A stretch of DNA of 64,000 nucleotides from Nitrospirota bacterium (GCA_963845065.1 CAWJQQ010000001.1:1258057-1322056); one strand, 5' to 3'; positions 1 to 11,736 are shown, counted from the first letter of the stretch. Notes: generated by a model from the letters alone, not told the origin. Numbers and translations are program-made.

Positions 1-205
1 TACGATAGGAATGGGGAAACTCGTTGTCGAGCTCAAAGACTCGGGCAAAAAACCAGATGTTACGAAGATCGTTCCGAGGAAACTCGATGACGTAAGGCCT
101 GGGGGGCTCGGCACGCACTTTATTGCCTCCGTGTTTGACTCGGTGAAGTATGATACGACCCACGAGGACTGTACCGTGCTAACCTTGGTGAAAGAGAAAC
201 AGTAG
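1..205 (+). CDS. RsbW/SpoIIAB-like anti-sigma factor Ser kinase (HATPase_c), 5'-partial
   Basis: C-terminal motifs LKDSG and PGGLGTHFI...FDSV; frame open to the window edge; followed by a STAS gene. Confidence 0.8.
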   Translation, partial: TIGMGKLVVELKDSGKKPDVTKIVPRKLDDVRPGGLGTHFIASVFDSVKYDTTHEDCTVLTLVKEKQ

Positions 206-223
206 GCTTGTTATGAGGTCCCT

Positions 224-571
224 ATGAAGGTAGAGATTGCATTGGAAAAGATCAACGCAGGCTTTCTGTTGAAGTTAAAAGGCGACGTGGATATGAGCAC
301 CTCTTCGGACGTAAGAAATGCTATGGCTCAGGTATTTAAGCAGGAATCGTCCGGTATGAAAGCTCTCCTCATTGACCTCTCGCAGGTACGGTATATGGAC
401 AGCTCCGGCATCGCAACCCTCATCGAAGGCATGCAGAATTGCATGAAAAAGGGAGCACGGCTCAGGTTGTGCGAGTTGAGCCCCTCGGTCCGCGATGTCT
501 TTGAATTGGCCCGACTGACGAGTATTTTCGAAATATATCCGACGATCATCGAGGCATCAGCAGGATTATGA
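224..571 (+). CDS. STAS-domain anti-sigma factor antagonist (RsbV/SpoIIAA-like)
   Basis: LKGDVDM and IDLSQVRYMDSSGIATL with the phosphorylatable Ser. Confidence 0.9.
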   Translation: MKVEIALEKINAGFLLKLKGDVDMSTSSDVRNAMAQVFKQESSGMKALLIDLSQVRYMDSSGIATLIEGMQNCMKKGARLRLCELSPSVRDVFELARLTSIFEIYPTIIEASAGL

Positions 572-683
572 TTGAGCGTGGAATGTATAGTATTAATTTA
601 CTTATCATGCGGAGAATTGGAGAAGGGTGCTCTTTACACCGTTCTCTGATCGTTAAATTTCGAGCTGATATCCGGGGTATTGC

Positions 684-1472
684 GTGAAAAAAATTTTCGG
701 TTATCTCGGCAGGACATTCATTACGTTCCTTCAGGATCTTTCAAGTGTTTACTACCTTTTTCAAGATACGGTTTTTCAAACCTTCATTCTCGTTACAAGT
801 CGCAAAAAACTTAGACAGGCTAGATTGCTAACACACGTGGATGAGATCGGGACGCAGTCACTGCCACTCGTCCTTGCAGTTGCCTCCCTGTTGGGCATCG
901 CAATGACGGTGTTGATTTCATTTCAACTCAAGGAAGTCGGCGGTTACAACTACATCCCTGGCTTGGTCGCGGTGGCAATTTTTCGGGAAATGGGCCCGCT
1001 AATCACTGCGCTCATTGTTACAGGACGGGTGGGCGCGGCATTCACAGCCCGGATCGGGACCATGAAGGTCTCCGAAGAGATTCTGGCGCTCGAGACCATG
1101 GCGATCAACCCTGTGCGGTTCCTTGTGGTGCAACGTTTTATTGGACTTTTATTTTCTCTCCCGGCGCTGACCATGCTCGCGAGCTTCACTGCCGTGTTTG
1201 GTGGTTTTCTGTTCGGTTCAACGCGACTCGGCATCCGGCCAGACACGTACGTGCGTGAAACTCTCGATGTGCTAACGTTTACCGACGTTTTCTCAGGCAT
1301 TATAAAAGCACTGGTCTTTGCAGTGATAATTGTGATGATCGGCTGCTATAGGGGCCTCATTGTAGAAGGAGGGGCCGAAGACGTTGGTAAAGCGACGATG
1401 GTCTCCGTGGTCTCTTCGACTCTTGCGATTATTGTTTTCGACACAGTCATGACTGGCGCGTTCTATGGATAA
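684..1472 (+). CDS. mlaE: MlaE-family lipid ABC transporter permease
   Basis: REMGPLITALIVTGRVGAAFTARIGTMKVSEEILALETM signature; GGAEDVGKAT. Confidence 0.92.
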   Translation: MKKIFGYLGRTFITFLQDLSSVYYLFQDTVFQTFILVTSRKKLRQARLLTHVDEIGTQSLPLVLAVASLLGIAMTVLISFQLKEVGGYNYIPGLVAVAIFREMGPLITALIVTGRVGAAFTARIGTMKVSEEILALETMAINPVRFLVVQRFIGLLFSLPALTMLASFTAVFGGFLFGSTRLGIRPDTYVRETLDVLTFTDVFSGIIKALVFAVIIVMIGCYRGLIVEGGAEDVGKATMVSVVSSTLAIIVFDTVMTGAFYG

Positions 1473-1481
1473 CGGCAAGAT

Positions 1482-2267
1482 ATGATCAAGGCGCATGGCA
1501 TTAGAAAAAACTACGGCAAGCATACCGTGCTGAACGGTACAGATTTTACAGCCGAGCAAAAAAAAATCACCTATATACTGGGCACAAGCGGCGGTGGGAA
1601 AAGTACGTTATTGAAAATTCTTATCGGCGCTCTGAAGCCGGATTCGGGAAATGTAATCTTTGAAGATACGGACATTACAAAACTAGAAGGGAGCGAACTA
1701 GATCCTTTCCGGAAAAAGATCGGCATGTTGTTTCAACACGGTGCGCTCCTGAATTCGCTCACGGTGGGAGAGAATATTTCGCTCCCGATCCGGGAACATA
1801 CGCCACTGGATGAGAATATCATTAAAATCATGGTGAAGATGAAACTCGAGCTGGTGGGGCTTCGAGATTTTGAAGATCTCTATCCGGGCCAGCTTTCAGG
1901 AGGAATGCAAAAACGCGTTTCACTTGCACGGGCGCTTGCCCTCGATCCTGAAGCGGTGTTTTTTGACGAACCTACTTCGGGCCTTGACCCTATCGTTGCA
2001 GCTGTGATTACAAAGCTCATAGCGGATTTGAACAGGGTACAGCGTATCACATGCATTGTCGTATCACATGCTGTTGAAGAAGCCATGAGGATAGCTGACA
2101 AGATTGTCATATTGTATTTAGGAAAAGTACTAGCACAGGGAACGCCGCAGGAGATCAAGTCAAGCTTAGATCCACTCGTTCAACAGTTCATAACCGGCAG
2201 TCCTGACGGGCCCATTTCATTTCATGCTTCAAGCAAGGAATTTCGAGAAGATCTTCTCGTTGAATAA
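1482..2267 (+). CDS. mlaF: MlaF-family ABC ATPase
   Basis: Walker A GTSGGGKS, LSGGMQKRVSLARA, FFDEPTSGLDP; lies between mlaE and mlaD. Confidence 0.9.
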   Translation: MIKAHGIRKNYGKHTVLNGTDFTAEQKKITYILGTSGGGKSTLLKILIGALKPDSGNVIFEDTDITKLEGSELDPFRKKIGMLFQHGALLNSLTVGENISLPIREHTPLDENIIKIMVKMKLELVGLRDFEDLYPGQLSGGMQKRVSLARALALDPEAVFFDEPTSGLDPIVAAVITKLIADLNRVQRITCIVVSHAVEEAMRIADKIVILYLGKVLAQGTPQEIKSSLDPLVQQFITGSPDGPISFHASSKEFREDLLVE

Positions 2268-2320
2268 GATATATACGGATTGCGGAATTAAATACTGATC
2301 ACAAGTATGAGGACTTTACA

Positions 2321-3121
2321 ATGGATTATCGTCGCAATGAAATTAGGGCAGGCGTTTTTCTCCTGCTCTCATTCGCGATCCTGGTGGTGATGATCTTCGC
2401 AGTAAGCGATGTCCAGAGCCTTTTCAAGAAAAAGAAGGAAGTCAAAGTACTGTTTTTGGCCAGCGATGGGATTGAAAAGAACGCGCCGGTCCGTCTTTCC
2501 GGCCTTAAAGTCGGCAAGGTGACGAATATACGTGTGGCTCCCGAGTATGGCGATAAAATTGAGCTTACCCTGAGCGTGTTCAGCGACACTATCATCAAGC
2601 ACGACACAAAGGCTTCAATTAAGACACAAGGACTGATTGGGGGGAAATATGTTGAATTAACCGGCGGTTCTTCGAAGTCGCCAGCGGTGGAGCCGGGCGG
2701 TTTTATCAAGGGAGAAGAGTCGTTTAAGGTGGAAGATCTGACCAAGATGGCATTTGATGTTGTCGCTAAACTCAAGCACATTGCAAACAATCTCAATACG
2801 ATGCTCGGGGACCCGGCTCTCGCGAAGTCTCTTAAAACGACGATTGCGAATCTCCAGGATGTCTCGTCTGATATCAAAGTCATGACATCGAGTAAAGAGG
2901 AAGTGGCGCAAGGTCTGAAGAACCTGCCCGAGCTTCTGAAAAAATTGGATGCGAGCGCGGAAAGCCTAAAGGCCATTACCAATAAGAGCGATACCATCGT
3001 CACCGAGAATAAAAAGAACATCGATGCGGCAATGGTAAGTTTTAGGGAAATGGCGCAAAACCTGAAGGAAACAACGGATGATGTGAAGAGCCATCCGTGG
3101 AAGTTGCTGAGAAAGCCCTAA
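2321..3121 (+). CDS. mlaD: MlaD/MCE-domain protein with coiled-coil tail
   Basis: N-terminal TM, GIEKNAPVRLSGLKVGKV, IKTQGLIGGKYVELT, helical tail ending HPWKLL. Confidence 0.9.
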   Translation: MDYRRNEIRAGVFLLLSFAILVVMIFAVSDVQSLFKKKKEVKVLFLASDGIEKNAPVRLSGLKVGKVTNIRVAPEYGDKIELTLSVFSDTIIKHDTKASIKTQGLIGGKYVELTGGSSKSPAVEPGGFIKGEESFKVEDLTKMAFDVVAKLKHIANNLNTMLGDPALAKSLKTTIANLQDVSSDIKVMTSSKEEVAQGLKNLPELLKKLDASAESLKAITNKSDTIVTENKKNIDAAMVSFREMAQNLKETTDDVKSHPWKLLRKP

Positions 3122-3427
3122 TAACTCCAGGTTTTAAAAAATTATCATTAGAAACCACAGTCCAAAAGTTATGATGATTAATTCCTAAACTCGGATTTAC
3201 CCTCAGAATTAGTTATAATTTACTTTTTTAGCTCCGATAACCGGAGGTAGCACTCTTTATGCTATATCGCAAAGTCAGTTAAATTTATGGGAAAAAAGTT
3301 GTATGAGACGGCAGAACCAGGACTCACGAGCTTTATCCAGATGACCATTAATACCGTATATCATCAAAAATGAGAGGGAAAGGGCTCCAAACACGTTTCA
3401 ATATATTCGGAGTGACAGGACGTTTGA

Positions 3428-4681
3428 ATGGCAATTCAGGCTATTAAAGGAGTAAAAGATATACTCCCGGTAGATATTCCTATGTGGCTGCACCTTGAGG
3501 CAGTAGCGCGAAAACTGTTCGAGGATTATGGTTTTTCAGAAATCAGAGTTCCTGTTTTCGAATATACCGAACTTTTTGCACGGAGCATCGGAACGTCGAC
3601 TGACATTGTGGAAAAAGAGATGTATACTTTTGAGGACCGCGACGGCAAGAAGATCACCTTGCGCCCAGAAGGTACGGTAGGCGTTGTACGAGCATTTGTC
3701 GAGCATAAGATGTATGCGGATAACCAAATAACTCGCCTCTATTATATGGGGCCTATGTTCAGGCATGAGCGACCGCAGAAGGGGAGATATCGCCAATTTT
3801 ACCAGATCGGCGTAGAGGCCCTGGGACTCGATCACCCTCACGTAGACATTGAAGTACTGGCAATGCTTCACACTTTGTTTACGCGGATCGGCATCAGCAG
3901 TCTCAATCTTCAGATCAACTCACTGGGAGACAATACATGCAGGGGCGCATATCGTGAAGCTCTCAAGTCATATCTAAAAGAAAAACTGCCGACCTTATGC
4001 GCAGACTGCCAGAGGCGTTACGAGACCAACCCTCTTCGCGTGCTTGATTGCAAGATTGACGCAGATAAATTCAGCGATTCCCCAGTCATGCTCGATTACC
4101 TTTGCGACCCCTGTAAGGATCACTTTGACACTGTTGAAGCTGGTCTGCAGAAGCTGAATATTCCTTTTGAAGTAAATCCGCGTCTCGTTCGCGGGCTCGA
4201 TTACTATACTAGGACTACGTTCGAGCTCGTGATGGGACAAATGGGAGCACAGAACACTGTTGCGGCGGGCGGCAGGTACGATGGGCTCGTTCAAGAGATC
4301 GGCGGCCCTGCCACACCGGGCATTGGTTTCGCGCTCGGTGTTGAGCGGGCAATCTCGCTTATGGATACCAGTGTTGTCGAAACTCCCCGTCCCGCGCTCT
4401 TCCTTTCTGCACTGGGCTCCGAAGCAGTGGCGTTTGCATTGCCTGTCATTCACAAGCTGAGGGCCTGCGGAATCCGCGTTGATACAGATTACACAGGCAG
4501 CAGCCTTAAGAGCCAGATGAAGAAAGCAGACAAGTCCCATGCAGGCCATACCCTGATCATCGGGGAACAGGAATTGAAGAACGGGAAAGCGATACTGAGA
4601 AATATGCATACTAAGGAGCAATCAGAGCTGACATTTGCAACTCTTATCGAAGACCTTAGGAAAACGCTGGCATCGTCATGA
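3428..4681 (+). CDS. hisS: Histidine--tRNA ligase
   Basis: TLRPEGT, FRHERPQKGRYRQFYQ, LVRGLDYY, GGRYDGL. Confidence 0.98.
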   Translation: MAIQAIKGVKDILPVDIPMWLHLEAVARKLFEDYGFSEIRVPVFEYTELFARSIGTSTDIVEKEMYTFEDRDGKKITLRPEGTVGVVRAFVEHKMYADNQITRLYYMGPMFRHERPQKGRYRQFYQIGVEALGLDHPHVDIEVLAMLHTLFTRIGISSLNLQINSLGDNTCRGAYREALKSYLKEKLPTLCADCQRRYETNPLRVLDCKIDADKFSDSPVMLDYLCDPCKDHFDTVEAGLQKLNIPFEVNPRLVRGLDYYTRTTFELVMGQMGAQNTVAAGGRYDGLVQEIGGPATPGIGFALGVERAISLMDTSVVETPRPALFLSALGSEAVAFALPVIHKLRACGIRVDTDYTGSSLKSQMKKADKSHAGHTLIIGEQELKNGKAILRNMHTKEQSELTFATLIEDLRKTLASS

Positions 4682-5157
4682 AGGTCGGCGTACTATCCGA
4701 TACGCATGTGCCTTCTATTGTGCCGTCGCTGCCTCCGGTAATCTATGATATTTTTAAAGGGGTCGATTTGATCCTCCATGCGGGGGATATCATGGAACTT
4801 TCTGTGCTCGACGACCTGAGGGCAATTGCGCCCGTAGAAGCGGTTGCCGGAAACATGGATAGCGCTGAAGCGCAGGTGCGGCTTCCCTTCAAGAAAGTCA
4901 TTACGATTGGCAAATTCACTGTAGGCCTCATACACGGCAAGTTTAAACTGAATATACAGCAGGAGATGATAAGAAAAGAATTTGATAAGGTGGACCTCAT
5001 CGTCTATGGCCATTCTCACCATCCATTCTGGGGTGCGATTGAGGGCATTTATTTCCTTAATCCCGGAAGCCCTACGGACAAACAGTATGCACCCTACAAT
5101 TCAGTCGCATTGTTGGAAGTAGGAGATGAGTTGCGAGCCCAGATAATTCGAATTTAA
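4678..5157 (+). CDS. YfcE/MJ0936-family metallophosphoesterase
   Basis: SDTH, HAGD, GNMD, HG, GHSH and NPGS motifs; ATGA overlap with hisS. Confidence 0.92.
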   Translation: MKVGVLSDTHVPSIVPSLPPVIYDIFKGVDLILHAGDIMELSVLDDLRAIAPVEAVAGNMDSAEAQVRLPFKKVITIGKFTVGLIHGKFKLNIQQEMIRKEFDKVDLIVYGHSHHPFWGAIEGIYFLNPGSPTDKQYAPYNSVALLEVGDELRAQIIRI

Positions 5158-5236
5158 AAACGATATCATGCGCACCGGCTTAGAAATTCTTTTCAAGTTG
5201 CAAAGGTCTCTGCTTTATGATAAATTCTGAACATTC

Positions 5237-6667
5237 ATGGCTATAGAGAAAATAAAATTCGGGACTTCAGGATGGCGGGGGGTGATAGCCGACGATTTTA
5301 TCGTCAGCCGGGTCCGTGTCGTAACGCAAGCAATATCAGACCACATCGCGGCACAGGGACTCAAGGACAAAGGCGTGATCGTGGGATACGACACCCGCTT
5401 CATGTCCGAGCGGTTCGCGGAAGAGGCTGTTAAGGTTCTAGCAGCAAACGGCATTCACACCTATCTTTCTAATCGTGACGTCCCTACGCCGGCAGTCTCC
5501 TTTGAGATCATCAGAAAAAAAGCGGCTGGCGGCATCAACTTCACGGCGAGCCACAACCCACCACAATACAATGGCCTGAAGTTTTCTCCCGCCTGGGGCG
5601 GACCGGCGCTTCCTGAAGAGACAAAAGACATCGAGTCCCGGGCCAATGCCCTTCTCGAAAAAAACTCCATTGCAGTCATGCCCCTTGCTGAGGCAAGACA
5701 GAAGGGCATGGTTGACGATGCCGACCTTCGAAAGGTCTACTTCGACGATCTTAAAAAAAAGATCGATTTCGATCCGATAAAAAAAGCAAAACTCAAAATT
5801 GCCGTTGATCTGCTGTATGGGACAGGGCGGGATTATCTTGACAGTGCACTCAAGGACGCGGGATGCGCTGTTACCGTACTTCATGGCTATCGCGACGTTT
5901 TGTTTGGCGGCAATTCACCCGAACCCTCGGAAGCGAACTTGGCTGAGCTTGCAGCGCTATTGAGAAAAGGCAAATTCAATATCGGCCTTGCAGTCGATGG
6001 CGATGCTGACCGTTTCGGCGTAATGGACCTGGACGGTACCTATATCAACCCCAACCAGATTCTGGCGCTGGCCCTGGATTATCTTTGCCGCACGAGGGGC
6101 TGGAAAGGCGGCGCAGCGCGCTCTATCGCAACATCGCACCTGATCGATGCAGTGGCGAAAAAACACGGTATTGAGGTCTATGAAACGGGTGTGGGATTCA
6201 AGTTCATTGGAGACCTGCTCGTGCAGGGCAAGATCATCTTTGGGGGTGAGGAAAGCGCCGGTTTGACCATTAAAGACCATGTGCCGGAAAAAGACGGAAT
6301 CCTGGCCTGCCTCCTAGTTGCAGAAATGGTATCAAGCGAAAAGAAGTCTATCAAGGAACTGCTGAAGCGGCTTTATAAAGAAGTCGGTGTCATTCTTGAT
6401 GATCGGATCAATATCCGAATCACGGAAACCAATCGTAAAGCTGTTGAAAACCGGCTGAGCCACCCCTTGAGCGAACTCGGGGGTTTCCGTGTTAAGGGCA
6501 AAAAAACTACTGCTGATGGGACCAAATATATGCTGGAGGACGACAGCTGGGTACTGATGCGTGCGTCAGGTACCGAGCCGGTGGTGCGGGTTTACGTCGA
6601 ATCATCGTCGGACGAAAAGATTAAGACACTGATCGATGCAGGCAGGAAATTCATTATGGGACAGTAA
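5237..6667 (+). CDS. Phosphoglucomutase/phosphomannomutase family
   Basis: FGTSGWRG, TASHNP phosphoserine loop, DGDADR, GGEESAG, RASGTEP. Confidence 0.95.
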   Translation: MAIEKIKFGTSGWRGVIADDFIVSRVRVVTQAISDHIAAQGLKDKGVIVGYDTRFMSERFAEEAVKVLAANGIHTYLSNRDVPTPAVSFEIIRKKAAGGINFTASHNPPQYNGLKFSPAWGGPALPEETKDIESRANALLEKNSIAVMPLAEARQKGMVDDADLRKVYFDDLKKKIDFDPIKKAKLKIAVDLLYGTGRDYLDSALKDAGCAVTVLHGYRDVLFGGNSPEPSEANLAELAALLRKGKFNIGLAVDGDADRFGVMDLDGTYINPNQILALALDYLCRTRGWKGGAARSIATSHLIDAVAKKHGIEVYETGVGFKFIGDLLVQGKIIFGGEESAGLTIKDHVPEKDGILACLLVAEMVSSEKKSIKELLKRLYKEVGVILDDRINIRITETNRKAVENRLSHPLSELGGFRVKGKKTTADGTKYMLEDDSWVLMRASGTEPVVRVYVESSSDEKIKTLIDAGRKFIMGQ

Positions 6668-6737
6668 AATATAATGATATAGAATTTTGAAGATTACAGA
6701 TTGAAATGGACCTAATTGATCAGAATCGGTAAGCTGA

Positions 6738-8048
<1,311 letters not shown>

Positions 8049-8157
8049 ACAACGGACGCTTGCTCCCCGAAGAGAAGAAGTCAAAAGCAGTCTTTTGGAT
8101 CTCTGTTGCTGTCAGCCCGACTCACTGTTTTGCAAGATGCATTTATCACAGATAATT

Positions 8158-8583
8158 ATGGATCGTCCCTCCTTCGATAAGATCGTGACAAAATCGCTGA
8201 AACGACTTCCCGGAAAATTCAGAAAGAGACTGCATAATCTTGTCATCGACATCGAAGATCAGCCTCCACAAGCGCTTTTGGATGACATGGGAATATTATC
8301 AGGTTCGCTTTTTGGACTCTATCAGGGGGTGCCGCTGCCGGAGCGGGAATGGAATTACGGAAATGCACTACCGGATAGGATCGTCATCTATCAAAAAGTC
8401 ATTGAACGCGCTGCTTCATCTGATAATGAGATAGAGGAGATCGTCCTTGATACCGTCGTTCATGAGATAGGACATTATTTTGGATTCGACGACGATACTC
8501 TTCATTCGATAGAAGTCGAAAAAAAAAGAAGAAATGAGGAAAATAGGAGGAGCGGGACGACAACCAAAGAAACAGATAAATAA
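8158..8583 (+). CDS. Zincin-like minimal metallopeptidase (DUF1025-type)
   Basis: LFGLYQGVPL, PDRIVIYQ, HEIGHYFG (HExxH). Confidence 0.88.
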   Translation: MDRPSFDKIVTKSLKRLPGKFRKRLHNLVIDIEDQPPQALLDDMGILSGSLFGLYQGVPLPEREWNYGNALPDRIVIYQKVIERAASSDNEIEEIVLDTVVHEIGHYFGFDDDTLHSIEVEKKRRNEENRRSGTTTKETDK

Positions 8584-8686
8584 CTATATTGAGTTTGTCC
8601 GTTTCCGCGCAGTTCGGTGCTAGATGGCAGTAATTGCATTCATATGTTATTTATAAGATTCTGTTTTTTGCATGACTGGACCGTGC

Positions 8687-9166
8687 TTAGCAATATATTT
8701 TTAAAATCTTTTCTATGATCCCAGTTGTAGATGCCCCTTCAACATATGGAACATTTATGACACGCCCGCCTCTCGCTTCAACCACATCCCTGCCGATGAT
8801 TTTTTCGATAGGCCAATCGCCACCCTTGACCAGAATATCAGGCTTCAATTCAGAGATGACCCGATAGGGGTCCGTCTCGTCAAAGACAGTAACAAAATCT
8901 ACCGCTTGAAGGGCAGCCAAGGTCTCCATTCGGTCGGCTTGGGAGTTTATCGGTCTTTTTCCGCCTTTAATCTTTCTGACTGATGCATCACTGTTGACAG
9001 CAACAACGAGCAAATCCCCGTAAGATTTTGCCTGCGCAAGATAACGCGTATGGCCAGTATGAATGATGTCAAAACATCCGTTCGTAAAAATAATTCTTTT
9101 ACCGGTGCTACGCAAGATGTCCAGAAGTGGACAAAGTTCTGCAACTGTTTTAATTTTATTGTGCAT
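8687..9166 (-). CDS. rfaE2: D-glycero-beta-D-manno-heptose 1-phosphate adenylyltransferase
   Basis: FTNGCFDIIHTGH, NSDASVRKIKG, KGGDW, STTGII. Confidence 0.93.
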   Translation of the reverse strand: MHNKIKTVAELCPLLDILRSTGKRIIFTNGCFDIIHTGHTRYLAQAKSYGDLLVVAVNSDASVRKIKGGKRPINSQADRMETLAALQAVDFVTVFDETDPYRVISELKPDILVKGGDWPIEKIIGRDVVEARGGRVINVPYVEGASTTGIIEKILKIYC

Positions 9167-9259
9167 AAAAAACTATAATATAAAACGGACAATAAATCAA
9201 GCGATCGTTGAAAATCAGGTTTTCCTCTTTCCAATGCGATCAAAAGTATTTTGTTTCCC

Positions 9260-9287
9260 TTGACAACGTTAAAAGGTTAGATATACT
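9260..9287 (+). promoter_or_regulatory. Sigma70-type promoter of rrf2-cco cluster, probably leaderless
   Basis: TTGACA-16 bp-TATACT ending 6 nt before ATG 9294; no RBS. Confidence 0.6.
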
Positions 9288-9293
9288 AAAACC

Positions 9294-9701
9294 ATGCATG
9301 TCACACGTGAAGGTGATTACGGAATCCGTAGTGTTTTGTACCTCGCAAGCCAACCATTTAAAAAAGTCAGCTTCATCAATGAAATTGCTGAGGAGTATAA
9401 AATTCCCAGGAGTTTTCTTGCAAAGATCCTGCAAAAGCTTGTCAAAGCTAAGATTGTACGTTCTTACCGGGGAGTTAAAGGCGGCTTTTCACTCGCCAAG
9501 CAGTCTCGAGAGATTACTGTGCTCGAAGTCCTCGAAGCAATCGAAGGAAAGCTCTATTTCAATCTTTGCCTCATGGATAAAAAAAAATGCAACTTTTCTA
9601 AACACTGCCCCACAATCCAGCTATGGGCCAATGTACAGACCAAGGTGGCCGATACTCTGAAAAAAGCAAATTTTGAAGATCTTTCTAAATTAAAAGTCTA
9701 A
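9294..9701 (+). CDS. Rrf2-family transcriptional regulator, probable Fe-S
   Basis: DYGIRSVLYLA, FLAKILQKL, RGVKGGFSL, C-x6-C-x5-C. Confidence 0.92.
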   Translation: MHVTREGDYGIRSVLYLASQPFKKVSFINEIAEEYKIPRSFLAKILQKLVKAKIVRSYRGVKGGFSLAKQSREITVLEVLEAIEGKLYFNLCLMDKKKCNFSKHCPTIQLWANVQTKVADTLKKANFEDLSKLKV

Positions 9702-9737
9702 GCTATCCGCGTTTCACCTATAAGATTGGAGCGCCAT

Positions 9738-11135
9738 ATGACACCGGATACTCAGTATGACTATCGTGCAATTAAAGGGTTCGCGATTTCATCTCTGTTT
9801 TGGGGGGTTGTAGGGCTCATCGTCGGTCTCCTCATATCCCTGCAGCTGGTCTACCCTTCGCTCAATTTTCCGCCTTGGTTCACCTATGGCAGACTTAGAC
9901 CACTCCACACAAACGCTGTCATTTATGGTTTCACCATCCCCGCTGCATTCGCCATGTTTTTCTATCTGGTGCAGCGGCTGGGCAGGACACGGCTCGCATT
10001 CCCGAGACTCGCACAGGTCACGCTGTATTTCTTCAATGTAGCCATTGTGCTCGCTGCGCTTTCGCTCCTTGCCGGCATGACCCAAAGCAAGGAATATTCC
10101 GAACTTGAATGGCCGCTCGACATCGGGGTAGTGATCCTGTGGGTTATGTTCTCAATCAACATCATCGCCACGATCATGAAACGGAAAGAAGAGCAGATGT
10201 ATGTTTCCCTCTGGTACATTCTCGCTACAGTCGTTGGCGTCGCCATCGTTTACATCGGGAACAATATTGCGGTCCCCGTTTCCTGGTTCAAGTCCTATTC
10301 CATCTACGCCGGCGCGAATGATGCGAACGTCCAGTGGTGGTTCGGGCATAATGCCGTGGCCTTTGTCTTTACTACGCTGCCCCTTGCAGTATTCTACTAC
10401 GTCCTTCCGAAAACAACAAACGCGCCATTATTCAGCCACCGTCTTTCGATCATCGGTTTCTGGTCCCTGGTTTTTGGCTATCTTTGGACAGGTGCACACC
10501 ATCTGATTTATACGCCGCTCCCGGACTGGATCCAGACCGTAGCCATCGCGTTCAGTATTTTCTTGATTGCACCATCATGGGCATCGGTCATAAATGGGTA
10601 TGGAACGATGAAAGGCCAATGGCAACAGATGAGGTCTAACTACCTGGTTAAGTTTATCGTCATGGCAATCACGTTCTACGGCATGCAGACCATTCAGGGG
10701 CCGAGCCAGGCAATCCGTACCTTCAGTGCACTCATCCATTACACGGACTGGGTGATCGGACATGTGCATATGGGCACTATGGGATGGGTAACGATGACGC
10801 TTTCGGCGGGGTTTTATTACATGGTCCCTCGCATTTACAACACGGAGGTGTACAGCGTAAAACTGGCGAACCTGCACTTTTGGCTCGTGCTCGTGGGGCA
10901 GCTTATCTATTCCGTAACAATGTGGATTACGGGCATTCGCCAGGGAGCAATGTGGCAGGCAATGGAAAAGGACGGCAGCCTTGTCTATCCTAATTTTATG
11001 CAGACACTGGCGCCGAATTACCTTTTCTGGAACATGCGTACCATAGGAGGGGTTATTTTCTTCGCGGGATTCCTGGTGTTTGTCTATAATATTTATAAGA
11101 CCATCAGGTCCGCGCCGGCTGTTCAGATTGCATGA
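9738..11135 (+). CDS. ccoN: cbb3-type cytochrome c oxidase subunit I
   Basis: GRLRPLHTN, QWWFGHNAV, WTGAHHL, WVIGHVHMG metal-ligand motifs. Confidence 0.96.
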   Translation: MTPDTQYDYRAIKGFAISSLFWGVVGLIVGLLISLQLVYPSLNFPPWFTYGRLRPLHTNAVIYGFTIPAAFAMFFYLVQRLGRTRLAFPRLAQVTLYFFNVAIVLAALSLLAGMTQSKEYSELEWPLDIGVVILWVMFSINIIATIMKRKEEQMYVSLWYILATVVGVAIVYIGNNIAVPVSWFKSYSIYAGANDANVQWWFGHNAVAFVFTTLPLAVFYYVLPKTTNAPLFSHRLSIIGFWSLVFGYLWTGAHHLIYTPLPDWIQTVAIAFSIFLIAPSWASVINGYGTMKGQWQQMRSNYLVKFIVMAITFYGMQTIQGPSQAIRTFSALIHYTDWVIGHVHMGTMGWVTMTLSAGFYYMVPRIYNTEVYSVKLANLHFWLVLVGQLIYSVTMWITGIRQGAMWQAMEKDGSLVYPNFMQTLAPNYLFWNMRTIGGVIFFAGFLVFVYNIYKTIRSAPAVQIA

Positions 11136-11162
11136 TGATGAGTAGATTAAGAGGAGATTCCT

Positions 11163-11735
11163 ATGAATGTCGATAAAAGACCTGTTACCTTCATCATCCT
11201 GGCAACGCTTTCGATACTGGTAGGAACACTATTGACTACATTCATACCCTTATATCTCGGGACCGCGACACCGTCCCTCGAAAAAATCATTCCTTACAAA
11301 CCGATTGAAGTAGAGGGTAGGGACATCTATATTCGAGAAGGCTGCAACAATTGCCATTCGCAGACGGTCAGACCGCTGGCCTTTGAAACGGCTCGTTACG
11401 GCACACCATCAAAACTTGAAGAGTCGGCCATCGACCGACCTCACTTGTGGGGGTCTAAGAGAACCGGTCCGGATCTTGCGCACGTCGGCAAAAAATATCC
11501 GCCAGCCTGGCACTATATGCATTTAAAGGACCCACGCAGCATGTACCGTGATTCGAATATGCCGGCATATGCCTGGCTTGCTGATAGAAAGCTAGACACA
11601 ACGTATACGGAGAGGAAAATGCATATTCTCGGTTATCCCTATACGACCGAAGACTTACAAGCACTGTCGGGTAAAACTGAAATGGACGCACTTGTTTCAT
11701 ATCTCATGCGTTTGGGAAGGGAGTTAAGACAATAA
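11163..11735 (+). CDS. ccoO: cbb3-type oxidase subunit II (monoheme c)
   Basis: GRDIYIREGCNNCHSQ, WGSKRTGPDLA, SNMPAY. Confidence 0.96.
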   Translation: MNVDKRPVTFIILATLSILVGTLLTTFIPLYLGTATPSLEKIIPYKPIEVEGRDIYIREGCNNCHSQTVRPLAFETARYGTPSKLEESAIDRPHLWGSKRTGPDLAHVGKKYPPAWHYMHLKDPRSMYRDSNMPAYAWLADRKLDTTYTERKMHILGYPYTTEDLQALSGKTEMDALVSYLMRLGRELRQ

Positions 11736-11736
11736 C

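Noticed and set aside
3122..3427. T-box or attenuator upstream of hisS
   Set aside because: No T-box motif or His-codon leader peptide found
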